From: Chthoniobacterales bacterium
GTDB taxonomy: Bacteria > Verrucomicrobiota > Verrucomicrobiia > Chthoniobacterales > UBA6821
Assembly (NCBI GenBank): GCA_044236545.1
Contig: JBIIGI010000002.1
Coordinates: 134-64,133, forward strand
Length of the DNA: 64,000 nucleotides
Direction of reading: 5' to 3'
How positions within the stretch are numbered: position 1 is the stretch's first letter; each line of letters opens with the position of its first letter. The notes below the pieces were generated by a model that did no database searches, had not been told where the DNA came from, and was given only the letters and a program-made list of their open reading frames with translations. Position numbers and translations under genes: made by a program. Below are positions 43,562-52,865 of this stretch, in pieces.

Positions 43562-44266
43562 ATGGCAACCAAGCGTTCCAACAAGGGGGGATCCCAGTCT
43601 TCCGGCAAGGATTCCCAGAAAGTCCGCGATTCCATCCTCGAGGCCTTCGCCGCCCATTGGTCGGAGGAGGGCGAACCATCCCGATCGGTCGCCCGCTTCT
43701 GCAAGGGACTCGGGATCACCGAGGCGGTTTTCTTCAAGCACTTTCCCTCGCTCCATGCCGTGGAGAAGGCCTTCTGGCGCCATTGGATATCGGACGTGAT
43801 CTCCGCCGTGGAGGAGGGCGACGACTGGCAGGAGTTCGCCGCGCGGGAGCGCTATCTGGCCTTCCTCTTTGCGCTGACCCAGTCGGCCAATGAACGCCGC
43901 TCGCTCCTGCTGGAGCGCTTTCACGACATCTCCCCTCTCTCGCATCCGGGAGCCCTGGAGGGGATGCGCGCGGAGTTTCTGGAGTTCGCCCGGCGGATCG
44001 TCGACCACGGCACCTCCTCGGGAGAGATCGCCGAGCGCCGCGGCCTCACGAATCTCTATCCCGGCATCCTCTATGTCCACCTGCGCTGGGTCATCGACCA
44101 GTACCTCAAGGACGAGAGCGAGGGATTCGAGCGGACCGATGCCTTCATCGAGAAGACGGTGGCTCTCGCCTTCGATCTCTTCCGCTCCCAGGCACTCGAC
44201 TCCGCCGCCGACCTGCTCCGCTTCCTCCTCCCCGGGAACCCCTGGTGCACGGGCAAAGGGAAGTGA
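43562..44266 (+). CDS. TetR/AcrR-family transcriptional regulator
   Basis: N-terminal HTH VRDSILEAFAAHWSEEGEPSRSVARFCKGLGITEAVFFKHFPS. Confidence 0.7.
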   Translation: MATKRSNKGGSQSSGKDSQKVRDSILEAFAAHWSEEGEPSRSVARFCKGLGITEAVFFKHFPSLHAVEKAFWRHWISDVISAVEEGDDWQEFAARERYLAFLFALTQSANERRSLLLERFHDISPLSHPGALEGMRAEFLEFARRIVDHGTSSGEIAERRGLTNLYPGILYVHLRWVIDQYLKDESEGFERTDAFIEKTVALAFDLFRSQALDSAADLLRFLLPGNPWCTGKGK

Positions 44267-44270
44267 CCCC

Positions 44271-45641
44271 GTGAAAAATTCCGGGTCCCTGAAGGGCACC
44301 AAGTCAGCAAAGAAGGATCAGGAGACCATCCGCTCCGGCGCGGTGGGACGCATGGCTGCGCTGGGTGGTGCCGGGGCCCGCGTCGGGGTCAACTACCTGA
44401 AGCACTACGGCCGCGCCATGGTCGGCGCGAAGGACGAGACGAGCCGCCGCAGGCTCCGCGAGGAACTCGATGCGAAGAATGCCGAGACCGTCTACGACAC
44501 CTTCAGCAAGCTTAAGGGAGGACCCCTCAAGCTGGCCCAGATGCTCAGCATCGACAAAAACCTCCTGCCCGCGGCCTACGCCCGCCAGTTCGCGCAGGCG
44601 CAGTCCTCGGTGCCGCCGCTCTCTTACCCGCTGGTTGCGCAGACCTTCAGGCGGGAATTCGGGAAATCGCCCGAGGAACTCTTCGATCATTTCGAGAAGA
44701 AAGCCTCCCACGGGGCCTCCATCGGCCAAGTACACCGGGCCAGGCGGAAAGGACGCGAGTATGCGGTGAAGGTCCAGTACCCTGGCGTGGCGCGCAGCCT
44801 GAAGAGCGATCTCGCCGTCGTGAAGCCGATTGCACTCCGCATCCTCGGTCTCCGGGAGTCGGACGTGGATTCCTACTTCCGCGAGGTGGAGACGCGTTTG
44901 CTGGAGGAAACCGACTACAGGCACGAGCTGGAGCGCTCCGTGGAGCTGACCGCGGCTTCCGCCCATCTCAAAGGGGTACGCTTCCCCGCCTATCATCCGG
45001 AACTCTCCACAGGCAGGATTCTCTCCTCCGACTGGATCGACGGGATGCCACTCGACCGGTTCGCAGACGGGGAGGCGACCCAGCGGGAGCGCGACCGGAT
45101 CGGACAGGCCCTCTGGGATTTCTACGCCCATCAGGTGCATGATCTGCTTGTCTTCCATGCCGATCCTCATCCCGGGAATTTCCTCGTGAAGGAGGGTGAA
45201 CTCTGGGTGCTTGATTTCGGATGCACGAAAAAAATCTCCCGGGAGTTTTACCGGAAGCAGTTCCGCTTCCTGGATACCCGGCTGGAGCGCGACCCGGAAC
45301 TCCTGAGGGAAGCCCTGCGCGACCTCGATGTGATCCTGCCCGAGGACGCTCCGGAGCAGATCGAGACAATCACCTCCCTCTGCATGACCTGGCTGGAGCT
45401 GCTGGCACGGCCCTTCCGCGAAGGAACCTTCGACTTCGGCGATCCCGGCTTTCTCAAGGCCATCTACGAGATGGGGGAGGAGAACCGCAAGGCCGACCAT
45501 CTGCGCACGATGCGCGGTCAGCGGGGCTCACCCGACACGATCTATGTGAACCGCGCCTTCTTCGGACTCTACAGTCTGCTCGGCCGCCTGCGCGCCCGCG
45601 TGATGGTGGGGTTGCCGGAGTGGATCCGGTCGGGGGAATAA
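44271..45641 (+). CDS. ABC1/UbiB/AarF atypical kinase family protein
   Basis: LKGGPLKLAQMLS, ASIGQVHRA, AVKVQYPG and FHADPHPGNFLV. GTG 44271 lies 4 nt after the TetR stop. Confidence 0.85.
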   Translation: MKNSGSLKGTKSAKKDQETIRSGAVGRMAALGGAGARVGVNYLKHYGRAMVGAKDETSRRRLREELDAKNAETVYDTFSKLKGGPLKLAQMLSIDKNLLPAAYARQFAQAQSSVPPLSYPLVAQTFRREFGKSPEELFDHFEKKASHGASIGQVHRARRKGREYAVKVQYPGVARSLKSDLAVVKPIALRILGLRESDVDSYFREVETRLLEETDYRHELERSVELTAASAHLKGVRFPAYHPELSTGRILSSDWIDGMPLDRFADGEATQRERDRIGQALWDFYAHQVHDLLVFHADPHPGNFLVKEGELWVLDFGCTKKISREFYRKQFRFLDTRLERDPELLREALRDLDVILPEDAPEQIETITSLCMTWLELLARPFREGTFDFGDPGFLKAIYEMGEENRKADHLRTMRGQRGSPDTIYVNRAFFGLYSLLGRLRARVMVGLPEWIRSGE

Positions 45642-45824
45642 AACGAAATGGCCGGACTCGTTGGAAGCCCGCACTTCCGTGATCGATTGTGTCTTTCGGC
45701 CTGGTCTTTCAGTTGGCGCTGGGTTTGGGTTATCATGGGCAAGGGTGACGAAAAAGTGTTGCCTCCGGCGACGTGGAAAATTAGGGTTTCCAGTCCCACG
45801 AGGTTTAGGCCTCACCAGGATTCT

Positions 45825-45899
45825 GCGCGGTTAGCTCAGCGGTAGAGCACTACACTGACACTGTAGGGGTCACAGGTTCGAACCCTGTATCGCGCACCA
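45825..45899 (+). tRNA. tRNA-Val (anticodon GAC)
   Basis: Hand-folded cloverleaf. Acceptor GCGCGGT/ATCGCGC, D-arm GCTC/GAGC, anticodon arm CTACA-CTGACAC-TGTAG, T-arm ACAGG-TTCGAAC-CCTGT, discriminator A, encoded CCA. Confidence 0.9.
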
Positions 45900-45915
45900 C
45901 CTACCCATCCGATTC

Positions 45916-46140
45916 ATGGCGACGTATCTCTACGAGACGATTCCAAGCAAGCCGGGCGAGGAGCCCTCGAGCTTCGAGGTCCAGCAAAGCATGAAGGATG
46001 AACCCCTCACTAGACACCCGGAGACCGGCCAGCCAATCCGCCGGGTGATCACGGGCGGCTTTGGCTTTGTGAGCAAGGGCAAGACGGCCCCGGTATACGC
46101 ACCCTCCACTGGATGCGGCTCAGGCTGCGGTTGTCATTAG
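45916..46140 (+). CDS. FmdB-family (CxxC_CxxC_SSSS) regulatory-protein homologue lacking the N-terminal zinc-ribbon cysteines
   Basis: MATYLYETIP...FEVQQSMKDEPLTRHPETGQPIRRVI parallels the FmdB consensus M.YEY.C..CG..FE..QSM.D.PL..CP.CG. Cys-rich tail GCGSGCGCH. Confidence 0.6.
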   Translation: MATYLYETIPSKPGEEPSSFEVQQSMKDEPLTRHPETGQPIRRVITGGFGFVSKGKTAPVYAPSTGCGSGCGCH

Positions 46141-46224
46141 CCATCCTCATCACGAAGAGGCGATGCCAGGACTGATCGGCATCATGCCGCCACTCATCCC
46201 TGCTTTGCGGAAAGTTCCGGGCCC

Positions 46225-46902
46225 CTACTTCTTCCCGGCGGTGTAGATCGAGACGGTTCCCAAGGTGAGGGGATGGGACCTTGCATCCCTGAATCCGCAC
46301 GATTCGATGAGCGAGATCATCGCGGGGCCCGAGGGGAATTGTTCAATCGATCCGCCTAGGTATTCGTAGGCATCCTTGCGCCCCGTCGCGATGCCGGCAA
46401 GGATCGGCAGGACATGGTGGAGGTAGGCGCGGTAGAGCGGTCGGATCACGGGGAGGGTCGGAAGGGAAAAGTCGAGGATCAGCAGATGACCTCCCGGCTT
46501 GAGGATGCGGGCCATTTCGGAGAGACCCTTTTCCCATGAGGCCATGTTCCGGAGGCCGAAGGACGCGGTGATGGCATCGAAGGTTTCATCGGGGAAGGGA
46601 AGATTCATCCCGTCCGCCTCGACAAGTTCGTGAAGGCCTTTGCGACGCGCTACTTCCAGCATGGGTCGGCAGAAGTCTGCCCCGATCACGCGGGCCTGCG
46701 GACAACCCTTCCGAAGGGCAAGCGCGAGATCGCCGCTGCCGGTGGCGACATCCAGAATGAGCGAGGGGCGCCATCTTCTCGCCAGTCGCACGGAAACCGC
46801 CCGCCAGTGGAAATCAAGACACCCGCTCAGGAGATGGTTGACCAGAGCATACCTCCCCGCGATTGCGGAAAAGAGATCCCTGACATATTCCGGCTTGTCC
46901 AT
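46225..46902 (-). CDS. ubiE: Demethylmenaquinone / ubiquinone-menaquinone biosynthesis C-methyltransferase
   Basis: [23 protein letters not shown] motif [18 protein letters not shown]-type FGLRNM and [13 protein letters not shown]. Confidence 0.9.
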   Translation of the reverse strand: MDKPEYVRDLFSAIAGRYALVNHLLSGCLDFHWRAVSVRLARRWRPSLILDVATGSGDLALALRKGCPQARVIGADFCRPMLEVARRKGLHELVEADGMNLPFPDETFDAITASFGLRNMASWEKGLSEMARILKPGGHLLILDFSLPTLPVIRPLYRAYLHHVLPILAGIATGRKDAYEYLGGSIEQFPSGPAMISLIESCGFRDARSHPLTLGTVSIYTAGKK

Positions 46903-46950
46903 GTGTTGGAAAAAAACGACGTGGTGTCGGGAGGGGTGCTAGAAAGAAAA

Positions 46951-47035
46951 TGGTGCTCACGAGAGGACTCGAACCTCCACGGGTCTCCCCATACGCTCCT
47001 GAGGCGTACGCGTCTGCCAATTCCGCCACGTGAGC
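46951..47035 (-). tRNA. tRNA-Leu (anticodon CAG), class II with long variable arm
   Basis: The reverse complement folds as acceptor GCTCACG/CGTGAGC, anticodon arm TACGC-CTCAGGA-GCGTA, a 13-nt variable arm, T-arm GGAGG-TTCGAGT-CCTCT, then A-CCA. Confidence 0.9.
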
Positions 47036-47207
47036 AGGAGTCGGGGAATCTATAGCACCTGCACGGAATGTAAACACCCAAGGTGGTGCTTAGCCCGGAT
47101 CCGTGTTTTGACCTGGGATTCCGATCTGAAATTCCCCGCATCAACGAGGAATTTGCGCTGGCGCAGCACTCTCAGCCATGCCATGAAGGAGATTCACCAC
47201 AATCCTC

Positions 47208-48290
47208 ATGACCAAACAATCGCTCACCCTACTTTCGATTCTTCTCTCAGCGGGACTGCTTCATGCCCAGGGTTCCGACCAGAAACCCAAGGCAGCAGCC
47301 ACCACCGACATCAACAAGATGATCCAGAGCGCCGCCGCCAAGGGAGGCGCGAGTTCCTCGGCCGTGGCCCTCAAGGATCCTGTCGCCGTGGTCAACGGCG
47401 AGAAGATCACCAAGGCTGATCTGGAAAAGACATTCAAGGAGGCACTCGCCGCAAGCGGCGCCGATGCAACCGCCCTCTCCGCCGAACAGAAGCTCCAAGG
47501 TTATCGTCAGATCCTCGATGGAATGATCATGGAAAAACTGGTCGACAAGCAGGCTGCCAATATCCAGGTCAGCAAGGAGGAGATCGACGCCCAGTTGGCC
47601 AAGATCAAGAAGCAGTTTCCCTCCGAGGAGGTTTTTCTGGGCGAGATGAAGAAGTCGGGCCTGACCTACGAACAGTTCACCGCCAACCTGACCCGATCCA
47701 TGCGCCAGTCAAAGTGGATGCAGTCCCAGATTCAGGGCAAGGACTCGGCCACCGAGGATGATGCCAAGAAGTTCTACGACGCCAATACCAAGGAGTTCAC
47801 CAACCCGGATCTCGTCAAGGCCAGCCACATCCTCTTCCTCACGCCTCAGGGGGCTTCACCCGAGCAACTCAAGGCCGCCGAGAACAAGGCCAAGTCCGCC
47901 ATCATCCGTGCGAACAAGGGCGAGCCCTTCCCGCAGCTTGCCACCGAGCTTTCCGAGGAACCCGGAGCCAAGGAACGCGGTGGTGATCTCGGCTACTTCC
48001 CGAAGGACCGTATGGTGCCGGAGTTCGCGGATGCAGCATTCGCCCAGAAAGTCGGTACGGTCAGCGCAACCCCGGTGAAGACCAAGTTCGGCTACCATGT
48101 CATCAAGGTGACCGAGAAGAAGCCCGCCGGCACCGCGACCTTCGCCGAGGCAAAGGACCAGATCATGGCCTTCATTCAGGCCCAGAAACGCCGTGAAGTC
48201 TTAAAGGGTGTCATGCAGGAACTACGCCAGGCCGCCAAGATCGAGGTGAACCTCCCCGGTCCAGCGTCCGCCGCAGCTCCCGCCAAGTAA
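47208..48290 (+). CDS. Parvulin-type peptidyl-prolyl isomerase (SurA/PrsA-like), secreted
   Basis: Signal peptide, then a PpiC domain: VKASHILF...GGDLGYFPKDRMVPEFADAAF...TKFGYHVIKV. Confidence 0.85.
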   Translation: MTKQSLTLLSILLSAGLLHAQGSDQKPKAAATTDINKMIQSAAAKGGASSSAVALKDPVAVVNGEKITKADLEKTFKEALAASGADATALSAEQKLQGYRQILDGMIMEKLVDKQAANIQVSKEEIDAQLAKIKKQFPSEEVFLGEMKKSGLTYEQFTANLTRSMRQSKWMQSQIQGKDSATEDDAKKFYDANTKEFTNPDLVKASHILFLTPQGASPEQLKAAENKAKSAIIRANKGEPFPQLATELSEEPGAKERGGDLGYFPKDRMVPEFADAAFAQKVGTVSATPVKTKFGYHVIKVTEKKPAGTATFAEAKDQIMAFIQAQKRREVLKGVMQELRQAAKIEVNLPGPASAAAPAK

Positions 48291-48320
48291 TCCGAGCCAC
48301 CTCCTGCCGACCGGACCCCG

Positions 48321-49310
48321 ATGGAGACGTCCCGTAAGACATCCGTTGGGGTCATCGGCCTCGGGATTATCGGAAGTCGTGTCGCTGCGGAACTGCGCCG
48401 CGGCGGTTTTTCCACCGTGGCGTGGAACCGTTCACCGCGTCCGGAGCCCAACTTTCTCTCCTCAGCCCGTGAGGTCGCCGAGACGGCCGACATCCTCCAA
48501 CTCTTCGTCCATGACGGGGAGGCGCTGATCGAGGTGATCCGTTCCATGGCCCCAGCCCTCGGGGAGGATCACTTGGTCATGAATCATGCCACCGTGGGTC
48601 CTGCGGAAACCCTGGAGGCCGCGCGGTTAGTCGCCGAGCGGGGCGCATCCTTCCTCGATGCCCCTTTCACCGGGAGTCGCGAGGCCGCGTCCGAAGGCCG
48701 GTTGGTCTATTATTTAGGCGGGAGTGAGGAGGTCATCAGCCGTGCCCGTCCCATTCTGGAGGCCTCTTCCAAGGAGATTCTTTCGATGGGACCCATCGGA
48801 TCGGCCACCTATGTCAAGGTGGCCACCAACATGATCAGCGCCGCCCAGATACAGGGGCTCGCCGAGGCGCTTGCACTGCTTGACCGCGGCGGGGTGCCCC
48901 TCCAGTCCCTCCGAGATGCGCTCTCGCACAATGTCGCGAACTCGGGGGTCATCTCCTCCAAGCTTCCCCTGATGCTTGCCGGGGAGTTCGACACCCGCTT
49001 TTCCATCAAGAACATGCTCAAGGATCTCCAAATCGCACTTCGCTCTGTGGAAGGGAAAGGGATCGATCTCCCGGCCACCTCCGCCACCTCGGGGGCCCTC
49101 ATGGGTGCCGTTCAGGCCGGATGGGGGGAGGATGATTTTGCCTCACTGGCGCGGCATTACGCCTATTCAGGGAGCGTGAAGGATCTGCCTCCAAGCAACC
49201 CCATGCCGTCATCGACGGAATCCACCTCCGCCGTGAGCAACGGGGCTTCCTCACCTTCCGGAAAACCGCTGTTCGGATTCTTTGCCCGCTTCAGGCAGGT
49301 TGCTCCCTGA
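48321..49310 (+). CDS. NAD(P)-dependent oxidoreductase (3-hydroxyisobutyrate/6-phosphogluconate dehydrogenase-like)
   Basis: VGVIGLGIIGSRVA Rossmann loop, DAPFTGS and KNMLKDLQIAL. Confidence 0.8.
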   Translation: METSRKTSVGVIGLGIIGSRVAAELRRGGFSTVAWNRSPRPEPNFLSSAREVAETADILQLFVHDGEALIEVIRSMAPALGEDHLVMNHATVGPAETLEAARLVAERGASFLDAPFTGSREAASEGRLVYYLGGSEEVISRARPILEASSKEILSMGPIGSATYVKVATNMISAAQIQGLAEALALLDRGGVPLQSLRDALSHNVANSGVISSKLPLMLAGEFDTRFSIKNMLKDLQIALRSVEGKGIDLPATSATSGALMGAVQAGWGEDDFASLARHYAYSGSVKDLPPSNPMPSSTESTSAVSNGASSPSGKPLFGFFARFRQVAP

Positions 49311-49323
49311 CGTCATCCTCCGG

Positions 49324-50241
49324 ATGCAGGAACTTGCGGCCCAACTGAGCCTTGCCAGGAAAGAGGGTGGGGCCTTCCTGTTGCCATCGCGTCTGGTTGT
49401 GCGCGTCTCCGGGGCTGATGCTTTCCGCTACCTCAACGGGCAGGTCACCCGTGATCTCGGCCGCCTGCGTGAGGATGATGCGGTCTCCGCCTGTCTCCTG
49501 ACGCCAAGGGGGAAACTCTGCGCCGTCCTGCTGATCCATCGCGAAGGGGAGGATTTCCTGCTGGAAGCGGATCCCTCCCTGGAGGAGTCGCTGCCGGCCC
49601 GCCTTGAACGTTACATCGTGGCCGATGATGTGACCCTTTCACTGGAAAAGGCCCGCCCCGCGGCACACCTCTTCGGCCGGGTCTCCACGGACTGGGTGAG
49701 GCAAGATGCGGGCGAAAACAACGATTCCAAGCCTCCAAAGGTGCTTCAGGTGATGCGTCTTGGCGTTTCCGGAATCGACGTGGAACTCGCCGGGATCGGC
49801 TCCAGGAAACTCCCTCCGCTACTCGATCCTCTCGTGGTGGAGGCACTTCGCCTGGAGCACTGCATTCCCTTCCAGGGCTCGGAACTGGATGGGGAAATTC
49901 TTCCTCCCGAGGCGCTTCTTGACCGCACCCACATTGATTATGACCGCGCGTGCTATCCCGGCCAGGAGGTGATCTCCCGTCTCAAGAGCATCGGAAGGGT
50001 GAACCGCCTGCTTCACCTGCTGACCGCTCCCGCTGGATCGGCTCTTCGTGCAGGAATGCATGTTGCCAGCGGCGAAGGGAAGGATGTCGGCGTGTTGACC
50101 AGCGTGGCTGAGCAGTTTGACACCGGTGCCACCCTTGCCCTGGCCTTCCTGCCACGGGAAAGCTCCGGTCCGCTTTTTGCCCTCGATCCCTTGACCGGAG
50201 GGAGGACTCAACTCACCATCACATCCATCACCGGTTCATGA
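49324..50241 (+). CDS. YgfZ/GcvT-like folate-binding protein
   Basis: VVRVSGADAFRYLNGQVTRDL and CYPGQEVISRLKSIGRVNR (the K/R-GCY-x-GQE motif). Confidence 0.75.
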   Translation: MQELAAQLSLARKEGGAFLLPSRLVVRVSGADAFRYLNGQVTRDLGRLREDDAVSACLLTPRGKLCAVLLIHREGEDFLLEADPSLEESLPARLERYIVADDVTLSLEKARPAAHLFGRVSTDWVRQDAGENNDSKPPKVLQVMRLGVSGIDVELAGIGSRKLPPLLDPLVVEALRLEHCIPFQGSELDGEILPPEALLDRTHIDYDRACYPGQEVISRLKSIGRVNRLLHLLTAPAGSALRAGMHVASGEGKDVGVLTSVAEQFDTGATLALAFLPRESSGPLFALDPLTGGRTQLTITSITGS

Positions 50242-50834
50242 ATTCCCGATACCTCCTCGCCCTTTTTCTCCTCTCCTCCGTGCTGCTTGCCGGATGCGCC
50301 TCCAACGACGGTAGTGCCGTCGCCGCTTCACGGACTGCGGTGATGCTGGTCAAGATGCGCAACGAAAGGAGGCCGCAGCGCGTCGTGATCGCGCTCCGTG
50401 AGGACGCCGCCCCGGGCACCGTGGGGAATTTCAAGCAACTCGTTGCCCGTCACTACTACGACGGCATGCGCTTTCACCGGATCTTTCCTCACCGGTTGGT
50501 CCAGACGGGTGATCCCAAGAGCCGCCACGGGGAGTCCGAGCGTTCCGGAACCGGGGGGCCGGGATACACGGTTCCCGCCGAGATCAGACTCAAGCATGAG
50601 CGCGGTGCCGTCGCGGCGTCACGTCTTCCCGACGGCGTCAACCCGACGCGTTCTTCCAATGGCAGCCAATTCTATGTCTGCCTTGAGCCCCTGCCCTCGC
50701 TCGATGGCCAGTACACCGTCTTTGGGCGCGTTACCGAGGGGCTCGAGATACTGGAAGCCATCAGCCAAATACCCGCCAACAGTAACGACTTCCCCGTGCA
50801 GAATGTCGTGATCCAATCCATCAGGTTGGAATAA
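50238..50834 (+). CDS. Cyclophilin-type peptidyl-prolyl isomerase, lipoprotein
   Basis: Lipobox LLAGCAS. FHRIFPHRLVQTGDP, SNGSQFYVC and LDGQYTVFGRV. ATGA overlap with ygfZ. Confidence 0.9.
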   Translation: MNSRYLLALFLLSSVLLAGCASNDGSAVAASRTAVMLVKMRNERRPQRVVIALREDAAPGTVGNFKQLVARHYYDGMRFHRIFPHRLVQTGDPKSRHGESERSGTGGPGYTVPAEIRLKHERGAVAASRLPDGVNPTRSSNGSQFYVCLEPLPSLDGQYTVFGRVTEGLEILEAISQIPANSNDFPVQNVVIQSIRLE

Positions 50835-50868
50835 GGCTTCCCTGAAGGATTCCTAAAAGGACTTCTCC

Positions 50869-51714
50869 ATGTCCGTTCAAGCCACACCCACCATCCTTGA
50901 CCGGATTCTTGCCGACGTGCGGGAGGAGGTTGCCGGGGCGAAGCGTCTCCGTTCCGAGTCCGATCTACGCGGGATGATTGCCGATGCCCCGCCGGTGCGT
51001 CCCTTGCCTGGGGCCCTGGAGAAGAGCTTCGGGCTGATCGCGGAAATCAAGGGATGCTCCCCGAGCGTCGGTCCGATGCGTGCCGAAAATGTCGCGGAGG
51101 CACCCTTGGCCTATGAGGAGAGCGGTTCCGTGCGCGCCCTCTCGGTCCTCACCAACAGCCGTCACTTCGGCGGAAGCATGGAGCGGCTCCGCTCCATCCG
51201 CAATCAGGTCTCCAAGCCGGTGCTCCGGAAGGATTTCATCATCGGCGAGTACCAGATCCGTGAGGCGAGGGCCTTCGGTGCCGATGCGATCCTCCTCATG
51301 GCCAGTGTCCTTGATGCGGCCCGGCTCAAGGGATTCCATGAACTGGCCTTGGAACTCGGCATGGAGGCCCTCTTCGAGGTGCATGACGAGGCGGAGGTGG
51401 CGGCGCTTCCGAAAAGCGCGCGGATCGTCGGAATCAACAGCCGCCGATTCAAGGCCCCCGTCGGATCAGGGGGATTCGTGGGATCGACCGGATCCTCTGA
51501 GAAAGATTTCAGCATACGGCTCGACACCTTCGAACTCATCGACCGCCTTCCCGAGGGAACGATCCGGGTGGCCGAGAGCGGGCTGGATGCCGGCAATATC
51601 GCCTCGGTGGCCACCCGCTTCCATGCGGCCCTTGTCGGCACCTCCCTCCTGCGCGATCCTGACGGGATCCGTGCGGGACTCTCCGCCTTCGAGGAGGCAT
51701 TGGGAAGCCGCTAA
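50869..51714 (+). CDS. trpC: Indole-3-glycerol-phosphate synthase
   Basis: ILDRILADVREEV, LIAEIKGCSPS, LRKDFIIGEYQIREARAFGADAILL and GINSR. Confidence 0.9.
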   Translation: MSVQATPTILDRILADVREEVAGAKRLRSESDLRGMIADAPPVRPLPGALEKSFGLIAEIKGCSPSVGPMRAENVAEAPLAYEESGSVRALSVLTNSRHFGGSMERLRSIRNQVSKPVLRKDFIIGEYQIREARAFGADAILLMASVLDAARLKGFHELALELGMEALFEVHDEAEVAALPKSARIVGINSRRFKAPVGSGGFVGSTGSSEKDFSIRLDTFELIDRLPEGTIRVAESGLDAGNIASVATRFHAALVGTSLLRDPDGIRAGLSAFEEALGSR

Positions 51715-51738
51715 GGAATTCCCTAATCCAGACCATCC

Positions 51739-52773
51739 ATGAACTCCGAAGATTTTTCCATCGACCCCGAGTCGCCCGACACCCCGTTCGATGTCTCGCT
51801 GCGACCCCCGATGTTCGAGGAGTTCTGCGGGCAACCGAAGACCATCGAGCGCCTGATGCTTCTTGTCGAGGCGGCCCGGCAGCGCGACGAACCACTCCAG
51901 CACATCCTGCTGAGCGGCCCTCCCGGCCTCGGCAAGACAACCCTCGCCTACATCCTGGGCAATGCCATGGGAGCCGAGGTCCGCACCACGAGCGGCCCGA
52001 CCATCGAGAAGGCCGGCGACCTTGCCGGGCTCCTCACCACGATGCCGCGCGGAGGCGTCCTCTTCATCGACGAGATCCACCGGCTGCAGCCCGCGATCGA
52101 GGAGTACCTCTACCCGGCGATGGAGGATTTCCGCGTGGACATCATGATCGACCAGGGGCCCAATGCCCGCAGCGTCCGGCTCAACCTCGCCCGATTCACC
52201 CTGATCGGGGCGACCACCCGCGCCGGCATGATCAGCTCACCCTTGCGCTCACGTTTCGGGATGAACTGCCGTCTCGACTACTACGAGGCCGAGGAGCTTC
52301 GGAAAATCGTCCTTCGCACCGGCGGACTGCTCGAGATGCAGATCGATGACGAGGGGGCGCTCGAGGTGGCCCGTCGCTCCCGCGGCACGCCGCGAATCGC
52401 CAACAATCTCCTGCGCTGGGTTCGTGACTATGCCCAGGTCCGTGCCGGCGGCATCGTGAACAGGGACTCCGCATCCAAGGCGCTCGAAATGCTCGACATC
52501 GATGCCGATGGCTTCGACGAGATGGACCAGAGGATCATCGAGGCGCTCATCCATAAATTCGGCGGCGGCCCCGTGGGTCTCAACTCGCTCGCAGTCGCCG
52601 TCGGCGAGGAGGCCGGCACGCTCGAGGATGTCCATGAGCCCTACCTCATCATGCAGGGGTATCTCTCGCGCACCCCGCAGGGCCGCGTCGCCATGCCCAA
52701 GGCCTACCAGAAGCTCGGCCTCCCCACGCCGAGAAACAAAGTCTCCGACTCACAGCCGGATCTGCTTTCCTGA
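51739..52773 (+). CDS. ruvB: Holliday junction branch-migration helicase RuvB
   Basis: [43 protein letters not shown] and [12 protein letters not shown]. Confidence 0.95.
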   Translation: MNSEDFSIDPESPDTPFDVSLRPPMFEEFCGQPKTIERLMLLVEAARQRDEPLQHILLSGPPGLGKTTLAYILGNAMGAEVRTTSGPTIEKAGDLAGLLTTMPRGGVLFIDEIHRLQPAIEEYLYPAMEDFRVDIMIDQGPNARSVRLNLARFTLIGATTRAGMISSPLRSRFGMNCRLDYYEAEELRKIVLRTGGLLEMQIDDEGALEVARRSRGTPRIANNLLRWVRDYAQVRAGGIVNRDSASKALEMLDIDADGFDEMDQRIIEALIHKFGGGPVGLNSLAVAVGEEAGTLEDVHEPYLIMQGYLSRTPQGRVAMPKAYQKLGLPTPRNKVSDSQPDLLS

Positions 52774-52865
52774 GGGATTAGGCCCTAGGACACTAGACTC
52801 TAGGGTCCTTAAATCGGCTATCTCCGCCCTAAAGCCTAAACCGCTAGAGACTAAACACCTCTTCG

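Noticed and set aside
52776-52812. CCCTAG ... CTAGGG inverted repeat after ruvB as a terminator
   Set aside because: The stem is only 6 bp with an 11-nt loop and no following T-tract, which is too weak to call.
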